Of a DNA stretch of 26,827 nt, positions 8,324-16,039 are shown one piece after another. Source of the DNA: an uncultured Nitrospinaceae bacterium (GTDB taxonomy: Bacteria > UBA8248); contig CAXFSR010000061.1 of the NCBI GenBank assembly GCA_964005815.1, forward strand, positions 1-26,827, read 5' to 3'. Each line of letters opens with the position of its first letter. The first letter of the stretch is position 1. Both the position numbers and the translations under genes were made by a program. The notes under the pieces were generated by a model. That model was not told the DNA's origin and ran no database searches. It was given only the letters and a program-made list of their open reading frames with translations.

Positions 8324-9342
8324 TTAATAATTTCCTTATTTAAATTCTCTAACTTGTCTAAAAACGGTTCCATTACATGAAAAAACTTTTCATATCTTTT
8401 TAAATTGTTAAAGTGATTGCGTACGAATTTTACAGTGTTTGGTATATAAGACAAATATCTTGGATTGTCTTTTTCTGTTCTCTGAAATGCGAAAGTGCCA
8501 ATAGCTTTAATATTTCTTTGTAGAGCGGTTTCGAATAATGCGTTCAGAAACTCTTCTTTGGATTTAAAAAAGGCTCTGCCTCTAAGAATCCAAAATTCTT
8601 CTGAAAGTTTTATTTTTAATTCATCTGTAATAGAAGCATAACTATCGTAAATTAGAGAAGCTAGATCATAAGTAAGAGGACCTTTTCTTGCATCTTGAAA
8701 GTCTAGCATGATGAGTTCACTTCCTCCTTTAAAAATTAGATTTCTACTATGATAGTCTCGATGAGTCAAAGAGAAAGGGATTTTAGAAATAGAAGAACTA
8801 AGACAGAAAAAAAATTCGTGAAGTTTTTCCTTGTTTGTTTTTATGCCTAGAAGCTTATTGAAGGCAAACTTTTCAGTATGTTTTAATTCTGCAAAGAAAA
8901 AATCATCTGAAAAACTTTCTAGGGAAATTTTTTTTATCTTATAGGTCTCATCATTTGACTGTAATTTTGAAATCAAATGTACACTCTCATTATAATAGTC
9001 TTCTACTTTGTAATGATTTTGGATAACAAATTTTTCTAATAAATCATTGCCGCAATCTTCTAATAAGATGATTCCGCTAAAAGGGTCACATTTGTATATC
9101 TCAGGTACGGGAATATTGAGTTGTTTGAAATATTTCAATATTCTAAGAAAGGGAAGTTTTTCTTCATCGAAAGGTTCCTCATGAACCATTGCAATTGAAC
9201 TATTTACAGTTTGTTTTTGATGTTGGATCCTAAAATATTTTCTGTTTGAAGCATCTCCTTGAATAGGAGATATATTTTTAACATCATCGGGAAAGTTATT
9301 TTCTATAAATTCATGTACTAAATTATTCTCTTTAGAATGCAT
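8320..9342 (-). CDS. amgK: N-acetylmuramate/N-acetylglucosamine anomeric kinase AmgK (APH-like phosphotransferase)
   Basis: GDASNRKYFR, LLEDCG, HRDYHSRNL, LDFQDAR.GP..YDLASL..D, LQRNIKAIGTF; operonic with nagZ. Confidence 0.88.
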   Translation of the reverse strand: MHSKENNLVHEFIENNFPDDVKNISPIQGDASNRKYFRIQHQKQTVNSSIAMVHEEPFDEEKLPFLRILKYFKQLNIPVPEIYKCDPFSGIILLEDCGNDLLEKFVIQNHYKVEDYYNESVHLISKLQSNDETYKIKKISLESFSDDFFFAELKHTEKFAFNKLLGIKTNKEKLHEFFFCLSSSISKIPFSLTHRDYHSRNLIFKGGSELIMLDFQDARKGPLTYDLASLIYDSYASITDELKIKLSEEFWILRGRAFFKSKEEFLNALFETALQRNIKAIGTFAFQRTEKDNPRYLSYIPNTVKFVRNHFNNLKRYEKFFHVMEPFLDKLENLNKEIIN

Positions 9343-9349
9343 GACAGAC

Positions 9350-10183
9350 TCATTTTCCGTTCTTGATGTCTAGAAGTGATAATTTTTTAAGGACTTCCTC
9401 GTAAGACTCATTATCTTTCTTTTTAATTTCATAAGTTAGTTGTTCGCTATATGTAAACTTACTTAGGGAATTTTTAAATTTCCTCCAATTAATTTTTCCT
9501 TCTTTTGGAAGTAGGTGTAAATCAGTTTTTCCATCGTTGTCATGCAGGTGAATATTAATACAATTAGGCAGCATTTTTTCTATAGAATGAAAGTATGCTC
9601 CTTTTTCCGTAATAAGTGCATGGCCAGTATCAATACAATTTTTGACATTCGTATTTCCAAGTGAATTGATAAAATTTAATAATTTGTCCGTTTTACCTAA
9701 TTCAGAAGGAATATTTTCAAGAGCAATTTTTATTCCTAATTTTTCTGTTGTTCTAATAATTTTTTCTAAACCATATTCTAGATATTCATATTTATCATTA
9801 ACACCTTTATTGGCAGGTGATGAAGGATGGATTACAATTCTTTTTGATTCAAAAACTTCCAGACTATTAATTGCAATTTTAATAAACTCAATGCTTTTTT
9901 CCCTTTTCTTTGAATCTGCAGAGGAAATAGATAACCACTCTCCTTGTCTTGCTTCTGAGAGGCTGAAGTAAAATGGAGCATGAAGACTAACTATATTCAA
10001 GGAAAGGGACTTGACCCAATGTTCTAACTTTTTCACAAAATCTTTATTTGTAAAATCTAAATGTGGTTTCATTGCCCATAACTCAATCTGATTAAATCCC
10101 GCATTTTTAATTTTCTTTAAATGTGCAAAGGTAAGAGTTTCATAGGCAAACAAATGTGTAGAGATCGCAATATCTGGCAACAA
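9350..10183 (-). CDS. Sugar phosphate isomerase/epimerase family protein (AP endonuclease 2 / xylose-isomerase-like TIM barrel)
   Basis: GF..IELW, SLHAPF, IALEN, CIDTGH, IHLHDNDG..DLHLLP.EG.I.W, YEI metal-binding pattern. Confidence 0.85.
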   Translation of the reverse strand: MLPDIAISTHLFAYETLTFAHLKKIKNAGFNQIELWAMKPHLDFTNKDFVKKLEHWVKSLSLNIVSLHAPFYFSLSEARQGEWLSISSADSKKREKSIEFIKIAINSLEVFESKRIVIHPSSPANKGVNDKYEYLEYGLEKIIRTTEKLGIKIALENIPSELGKTDKLLNFINSLGNTNVKNCIDTGHALITEKGAYFHSIEKMLPNCINIHLHDNDGKTDLHLLPKEGKINWRKFKNSLSKFTYSEQLTYEIKKKDNESYEEVLKKLSLLDIKNGK

Positions 10184-10260
10184 CTTTTTTTTAAATCCTT
10201 TTTTTGATTTTGTCTTATATTCTTTTTTGTTAATCGAGTTCTTCTAATTAAGTTTATCGA

Positions 10261-10290
10261 TTGACATTATAACACTTACATACTTATAGT
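10261..10290 (+). promoter_or_regulatory. Sigma70-type promoter for the M24/DRE-TIM/cupin cluster
   Basis: TTGACA (10261-10266), 18-nt spacer, TATAGT (10285-10290), about 140 nt upstream of the ATG at 10433 (SD GGAGGG). Confidence 0.65.
10266..10274 (-). promoter_or_regulatory. Extended -10 promoter (TGnTATAAT) for the leftward operon
   Basis: The minus strand reads TGTTATAAT across 10274-10266, about 80 nt upstream of the TTG at 10183. Confidence 0.55.
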
Positions 10291-10432
10291 TACCTACTAT
10301 CATACCAAATAAAATTAATTATAATTGTAGAAAATAATCGGCATTTTTTTTAAAATTTTGTTCAATTTTTCATTTAGATACTTTAATTATAAATGATGAA
10401 ACAGTGAATACTTAATATGGAGGGTAGTTTTC

Positions 10433-11785
10433 ATGGTAGATGAGTTAAGCAAACAAGGTATGCCAATGGATTTCTTGCAGAAAGAGCATTACCAGTCTCC
10501 ACGTCGTGTATACAGTCAAACTGGTAGTGATTGGCAAAGGAGAGTCAATTTTGAGCAAATGCGCAAGGATAGATTAGACAGAGCTAAAGCTATGATGGAA
10601 AAACATGATATGGACGCTATTATCATGTATAAAGGTGAGAATATTCGTTATACAGCATCGGTTTTCCAAGGGAATTGGAAGAATAATATCTTTATTCGAT
10701 ATGCTGTTCTATGTAGGGGAGCTGAGACTCCAGTTCTCTTTGAAACTGCGGGTTCAGATTATGAGTGCGCAAGAATAGATGCTCCTTGGCTTGAAGGGAA
10801 TATTCGTCCTGCTATCACTTGGAAGTGGTCTGAAACGGCTGAACAAATGATGGTTAACCGCATGGCAGATTCAGTGATAGATGTTTTAAAGGAAAATAAT
10901 ATTCCTTTAAATGGACGCATTGGAATAGATATCATGGATATGCAAGCATATAGTGCATTTACAGAAAAGGGTGTCAATCTTGTAAATGCATGGCCTGCAA
11001 TGAGTGAAGCTAGGGTAATTAAAACTCCCGAAGAAATAGAGTGTCTTAAAATCAGTTCAACTATTGGTGATACTTGTATGTGGAAGATCAGAAATGAATG
11101 GTTAAAACCTGGAATTCGCGAATGTGATCTAACAGCATGGGTCAATAATCTGTTATATGAAGAAGGTTTTGATTTCGTTTACGATATTATTGTTGCTTCA
11201 GGTGGTAATACTAGTCCATATCGTAGGTGGCATACTGACAAAATGATTAGAGATGGGGACCTAGTTGTCGTTGATATCAACGCAATAGGGCCAGGTGGTT
11301 ATTTTGTAGATTATGTGCGTTGTTTTAAATGTGGTGGAGGTTGGACTAAGAAAGAAAGAGAACTATATAGAGAAGTTTACGACACAATGTATGCCGGAAT
11401 GTCTCAACTTGTACCTGGAAAAACTTCTAAAGATGTTGCTTCACAATTCCCAGAATATGCAGATGACAAATATGGTACTGTAACTCTGCAACAGTTTGCA
11501 CATTCTATTGGTCTTGATTTGTATGAGGGTATGTGGATAAGTCGTGCATATAGTTTGGATTATCCAGTCGAAATTAAAGAAAATATGTATTTTGCAATTG
11601 AAACTTTTGCCGGTCATCCTGGTCTTCCTCAAACGGTACGTCTTGAAGAAAATGTTCTTGTTGGTCCTGATGGTCCTATCGTGTTTACAGGTTCGTCACA
11701 TTATGATGAATGTATTGAAGATTCTCCTTATTTTGACTTTTCTGCGAAATCTAGAGGAGAGCCTCGTTTCGAGTTGCCAAGTTAA
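10433..11785 (+). CDS. M24 (Xaa-Pro peptidase/creatinase fold) metalloenzyme, DddP-like architecture
   Basis: Creatinase-N region (R.DRA...M....MDAII....ENIRY), RVIKTPEEI, and the binuclear metal ligands D(INAIG), D(YVR), H(SIG), E(TF), LE(E). Confidence 0.85.
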   Translation: MVDELSKQGMPMDFLQKEHYQSPRRVYSQTGSDWQRRVNFEQMRKDRLDRAKAMMEKHDMDAIIMYKGENIRYTASVFQGNWKNNIFIRYAVLCRGAETPVLFETAGSDYECARIDAPWLEGNIRPAITWKWSETAEQMMVNRMADSVIDVLKENNIPLNGRIGIDIMDMQAYSAFTEKGVNLVNAWPAMSEARVIKTPEEIECLKISSTIGDTCMWKIRNEWLKPGIRECDLTAWVNNLLYEEGFDFVYDIIVASGGNTSPYRRWHTDKMIRDGDLVVVDINAIGPGGYFVDYVRCFKCGGGWTKKERELYREVYDTMYAGMSQLVPGKTSKDVASQFPEYADDKYGTVTLQQFAHSIGLDLYEGMWISRAYSLDYPVEIKENMYFAIETFAGHPGLPQTVRLEENVLVGPDGPIVFTGSSHYDECIEDSPYFDFSAKSRGEPRFELPS

Positions 11786-11793
11786 GTTTTCTT

Positions 11794-11835
11794 GTTCTCC
11801 TCTTTCTCTTTTAGAGTAAGGGGAGAACGGTTTTT
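11794..11835 (+). terminator. Stem-loop with T-tract; intrinsic terminator or attenuator after the M24 gene
   Basis: GTTCTCCTCTTTCTCT-ttt-AGAGTAAGGGGAGAAC (16-position stem, one G:U, one mismatch) followed by GGTTTTT. Confidence 0.65.
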
Positions 11836-11872
11836 AATTTTCTAAAGAATGACATATAGGAGAAAATGTGAG

Positions 11873-13093
11873 ATGAGCGAACCGTGGAACAACGATATGT
11901 GGTTCACAAGTCCTTGGAATTTTGATGATGAAGTCAAGAAGGACATCACCTTTGATTTAAGTCCAAAGATACATGATGTTACTCTTCGTGACGGTGAACA
12001 GCAGGCTGGTGTCATGTTTAATAAAGATGAAAAAATCAGAATTGCTGAAGCTCTTGCTGAGGTTGGTGTTCACAGGATCGAAGCAGGCATGCCTGTTGTT
12101 TCAAAATCAGATGAACAAGCAATAATTGAAATTGTAAAAAGACTTGAAGGGTCTAATACTGAAGTTTTCAGTTTTGCTCGCTGTATGGCAGATGACGTTA
12201 AACGTTCAGCAGATACTGGTGTTAAAGGTATAATAATGGAAGTTCCTAGTTCAACTCATATGATTGAGCGTGCATATAGGTGGGAATTAGATAAAGCAAT
12301 AGAAACTTCAGTACAGGCTACTCAGGTAGCAAAAGAGTGCGGTCTTTATACTGTTTTTTTCCCAATTGATTTTTCCAGAGCACCGATAGACTGGGTACTT
12401 GGACTGCTGAAAAAAGTCGCATCTGAAGGTCATATGGATGCATTGGCAATAGTTGATACTCTAGGAGTTCTGAATCCACACACCGTACCTTATGTTATAA
12501 AAAAAATGCGTGAGGTTTTTCCAGATGAACCATTTGAGCCTCATTTCCATGACGACTTCGGCATGGGTGTTGCAAATACATTGATGGCAATGGCTGAAGG
12601 ATGTCAAATGGCGCATACATCTGTTAGTGGACTTGGTGAAAGAGCAGGTAATGCAGCTTATGAAGAACTTGCACTAGCTATGAAGACTATGTATGACGTT
12701 GATATGGGTCTTAAGACTGAGAAATTTACAGAAGTTTCAAGACTTGTTCAAGAGTTAGCCCAGATAAGCCTTGCCCCAAATCGGTGTGTAGTAGGAAAGA
12801 ATCTTTATGATATTGAGAGTGGAATCATCGTTAGTTGGTTAAGGAATTGCGGAAAAGAGTTTCCTACCGAACTGGTTCCTTTTAGAGCTGAATTGGTTGG
12901 TCAGAGTGAACCTAAACCGGTAATCGGGAAGGGTAGTGGAATTGATTCTATTAACTGGTTCTTAGATCAACTTGGTATTACTGCATCTGAAGAAGAAAAA
13001 ATGGCACTTTTAAATGATGTAAAAGACAAATCACTTGGTCTTCATAGACTTTTAACTCTTGATGAATTCAAAGAACTTGCAGGTGAAAATTAA
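11873..13093 (+). CDS. DRE-TIM metallolyase (LeuA/homocitrate/citramalate synthase-like, HMGL-like domain) lacking the LeuA regulatory domain
   Basis: DVTLRDGEQQ, IEAG.P, DTLG, HFHDDFG, GLGERAGNA, ESGI, GKGSG. ATG 11873 is preferred (AGGAGA SD at 11858-11863) over 11849. Confidence 0.87.
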   Translation: MSEPWNNDMWFTSPWNFDDEVKKDITFDLSPKIHDVTLRDGEQQAGVMFNKDEKIRIAEALAEVGVHRIEAGMPVVSKSDEQAIIEIVKRLEGSNTEVFSFARCMADDVKRSADTGVKGIIMEVPSSTHMIERAYRWELDKAIETSVQATQVAKECGLYTVFFPIDFSRAPIDWVLGLLKKVASEGHMDALAIVDTLGVLNPHTVPYVIKKMREVFPDEPFEPHFHDDFGMGVANTLMAMAEGCQMAHTSVSGLGERAGNAAYEELALAMKTMYDVDMGLKTEKFTEVSRLVQELAQISLAPNRCVVGKNLYDIESGIIVSWLRNCGKEFPTELVPFRAELVGQSEPKPVIGKGSGIDSINWFLDQLGITASEEEKMALLNDVKDKSLGLHRLLTLDEFKELAGEN

Positions 13094-13112
13094 GGTTTTT
13101 TAGTTCGCAATT

Positions 13113-13150
13113 TAGCTGTGTTGGGGAAACTTCCCTTCACAGCTATTTGA
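13113..13150 (+). terminator. Intergenic stem-loop (terminator or mRNA-stabilising hairpin)
   Basis: TAGCTGTG-tt-GGGGA-aac-TTCCC-tt-CACAGCTA followed by TTTGATTT. Confidence 0.55.
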
Positions 13151-13202
13151 TTTATAGGCCACCTTTCTCTTTTTATTTAAATTTTTTAATTTTGAGGATT
13201 TT

Positions 13203-14231
13203 ATGAGGGCTGCATTACTCGAAAGCAAGAAAAAAATTAGTGTCGGAACACAATCTGATCCTGTTATTCCAAATGATCATGTCTTAGTTTCAGTTACATC
13301 ATCTGCTATCTGTGGTACTGATGTTTCAATATGGGCTGGAAAAATGCCTGCTAACATCCCTTTAATACCAGGTCATGAATGTACAGGGACAGTAGAAAGT
13401 ATTGGTTCAGATGTTTCTCGTCTAAAGGTGGGAGAGAAAGTTGTTTTAAATCCACTTTCGAGTTGTAGCTCGTGTTTTTATTGTGTGAGAGGATATACAA
13501 ATCTATGCCTAAACGGGGGGTTGCGCGGCAGAGAAGTTCCTGGGACATTTGCTGAGTATATCTCAGTAAAGGAGACAGAAGCTTTTGCATTTCCAGATAG
13601 TGTAAGTTTTGAAGCCGCAACAAATTTTGTTGGTCTTTACACAGTAGTTTATTCTCAAAGGAAAGCTCCTTACATTCCCGGTGGTAGTGTTGTTGTTTTA
13701 GGGCAAGGTAGTAGCGGGTTGTTACATACTCAGCTTGCTAAGATTTCAGGTGCAGAAAAAGTAATTGCAATAACTAGAAGTAAATGGAAGCTAGAAGTAG
13801 CGAAAAAACTCGGTGCTGATGAAATCATTCCTACTGGAGAGGTTGATCCTGTTAAAGCTGTACTTGAACTTACCGATGGATTAGGTGCAGATGTAGTGAT
13901 TGAGACAGCTGGTGTTGAAGAAACCATGTTGCAAGCTTTCGAAATGGTTCGCCCTGCAGGGACAATACTTCAATTTGGAATCGGTCCCGAGAAAATAAGT
14001 GGTGTGCCTGGACAATCTTATTATTTTAAAGATATTACTGTTATAGGTTCTAGAGCTGGATTGCCAGAGGATTTTGAACGTTCTATTAATCTTGTAGCTT
14101 CTGGAAAGATTGATTTAGAGCCTTTGGTTACTCATCATTTTCCGTTGGAGGAAATTCAAAAAGGTTTTGAATTTATAGATGATGGAGGTGATGGGGGGAC
14201 ATTGCGTGCCGTAATACAAGTCTCATCTTAA
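13203..14231 (+). CDS. Zn-dependent medium-chain dehydrogenase (threonine/sorbitol dehydrogenase-like)
   Basis: ICGTD, GHE, structural Zn CSSCFYC...NLC, Rossmann GQGSSG, ADVVIETAG. Confidence 0.9.
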   Translation: MRAALLESKKKISVGTQSDPVIPNDHVLVSVTSSAICGTDVSIWAGKMPANIPLIPGHECTGTVESIGSDVSRLKVGEKVVLNPLSSCSSCFYCVRGYTNLCLNGGLRGREVPGTFAEYISVKETEAFAFPDSVSFEAATNFVGLYTVVYSQRKAPYIPGGSVVVLGQGSSGLLHTQLAKISGAEKVIAITRSKWKLEVAKKLGADEIIPTGEVDPVKAVLELTDGLGADVVIETAGVEETMLQAFEMVRPAGTILQFGIGPEKISGVPGQSYYFKDITVIGSRAGLPEDFERSINLVASGKIDLEPLVTHHFPLEEIQKGFEFIDDGGDGGTLRAVIQVSS

Positions 14232-14255
14232 ACAGATAAAATTTTGGGAGCATAA

Positions 14256-15119
14256 ATGGATTTAGAGTATCCACTAGTTCATGTTAATGATGTGACTCCT
14301 GAAAAATTAAATTTGTCAGAGGGATGGCCTGATGGCGAGTATCGGATTGTACTTGATAAGAAACATGGTTGTTCTTCTACAATCTATTATTCTATTTTAG
14401 CCTCTAATGCAGTACATAAAAAACATAAACATAGTGAGTGTGATGAAATGTACTATGTTGTTAGTGGTCATGCATTAGCAGGCGTGGGTCCTGATAGAGT
14501 AGAAATCTTTTCTGGACATTATCATTATATTCCAAAAGGTATTGAACACTGGCTTGTCAATTTAAACAGGAATGAACCACTTGTACTTATTGGAATTTAT
14601 GACCGTTGTCCTTCTTTTGAATTAACGGGATATGATTTTTTAGGTGATATTCCTAAGAACGATATGGATATTTCATCAAGAACTTTGAGAACTAAGGATC
14701 TAAAATATCACCTTGTACATGATGATTCTGTACCTCTTGTAAAAGTTTCACGTAATGAGGGATGGACACAAGATTATTTTTGCGAACCTATCAATAGAAG
14801 TCATGGTGCAGAAACATGTTGGATGTATGGATATTTTGGTCCTAAGACGATTCATATGAAACATAAACATAAATTTTGTGAAGAAGTTTGTTATGCGTTA
14901 AAGGGAAGTGGATATGCGGGTGTGGGAAATGATCGTGTAGATTTCAATGAAGGGCATTTTCATTATATTCCAAGAAATACAGAACATTGGCTTGCAAATT
15001 TAAGTGAGGAAGAAGTACTCATTGCACCTGGTTTTTATATTGGAGTTGGAGGCCTTGATGAATCAGGTTTTGAGTATATTGGGCCTGTAACAGATAATGA
15101 TCTGAAATTAAAAAAATAA
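14256..15119 (+). CDS. Bicupin (two RmlC-like cupin domains), paralog A
   Basis: HKKHKHSECDE...HYIPKGIEHWL and HMKHKHKFCEE...HYIPRNTEHWL; SD GGGAG. Confidence 0.85.
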   Translation: MDLEYPLVHVNDVTPEKLNLSEGWPDGEYRIVLDKKHGCSSTIYYSILASNAVHKKHKHSECDEMYYVVSGHALAGVGPDRVEIFSGHYHYIPKGIEHWLVNLNRNEPLVLIGIYDRCPSFELTGYDFLGDIPKNDMDISSRTLRTKDLKYHLVHDDSVPLVKVSRNEGWTQDYFCEPINRSHGAETCWMYGYFGPKTIHMKHKHKFCEEVCYALKGSGYAGVGNDRVDFNEGHFHYIPRNTEHWLANLSEEEVLIAPGFYIGVGGLDESGFEYIGPVTDNDLKLKK

Positions 15120-15147
15120 GAAAGAATATTTCTAAAAGGGGGGAATC

Positions 15148-15999
15148 ATGACTCTTATGTATCCATTAGTTCATGTAGATGACATTCCTATCGAAAAGAT
15201 GGAAGAAAAAGAAGGTTGGGCTATATCTGAATTTCGTTTGCCAATATCTGGAAATAATGGCAGTTCAACAACGGTTTTTCATTCTATTTTTAGACCAGGA
15301 TCCACGCATGCGAAACATTTACATACAAATTGTGAGGAAATAGCTGTTTATTTAAAGGGTCATGGAGTTGTTGGACAAGGAGATGACCGTGCAGAAGTTA
15401 AGGAAGGTCACTGTAGGTTAATGCCAAAGGGGTCAACACATTTTTTCTATAATGAAACTAAAGACGAAGAAGCAATAGTTGTCGGTTTTTATTTAGGTGC
15501 GAAAAGTGTTGAAGATACTGGTTATAAATTTTGTGGGCAAGTAACAGAAGATGATCTGAAAATGCAGAGACAAGGATTAAGTGAGGGAATTCTAGTACAT
15601 CTTGATGATGTGACTCCTGAAAAAATGGATGAGGAAGAGGGTTGGTCTATTACCGATTTTCGTCTTCCTTTAGGAAAACATAATGGAAGTTCTACTACTC
15701 TTTTTAGAGCAAGTTTTCAACCAGGCGCAGTTCATAAGAAACACCTACATGTGAATTGCGAAGAAATATATTATATTATTAGTGGCCATGGACTTGCAGG
15801 TGCAGGGCCTGACAGAGTCGAAGTTCGTGGTGGACATTTTCATTATATACCGAAAGGTGTAGAGCATTTTCTATATAACTTAAGTGATTCAGAACCAATA
15901 GAAGCTATTGGTATATATATTGGTTCTGGAAGTGTCGAAGATACTGGCTATCGTTACCTTGGTGATGTTGAAGAAGATGATCTGAAAATTACAAATTAA
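15148..15999 (+). CDS. Bicupin (two RmlC-like cupin domains), paralog B
   Basis: HAKHLHTNCEE...MPKGSTHFF and HKKHLHVNCEE...HYIPKGVEHFL; clear internal duplication. Confidence 0.85.
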   Translation: MTLMYPLVHVDDIPIEKMEEKEGWAISEFRLPISGNNGSSTTVFHSIFRPGSTHAKHLHTNCEEIAVYLKGHGVVGQGDDRAEVKEGHCRLMPKGSTHFFYNETKDEEAIVVGFYLGAKSVEDTGYKFCGQVTEDDLKMQRQGLSEGILVHLDDVTPEKMDEEEGWSITDFRLPLGKHNGSSTTLFRASFQPGAVHKKHLHVNCEEIYYIISGHGLAGAGPDRVEVRGGHFHYIPKGVEHFLYNLSDSEPIEAIGIYIGSGSVEDTGYRYLGDVEEDDLKITN

Positions 16000-16039
16000 A
16001 CACTACTAAAAAAAAATTCTTATAAAAGATTGGGTTTTT

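Noticed and set aside
14256..15999. Repeated DNA words in the cupin genes as a CRISPR or mobile repeat
   Set aside because: They are in-frame coding remnants of domain duplication, not regularly spaced repeats with spacers.
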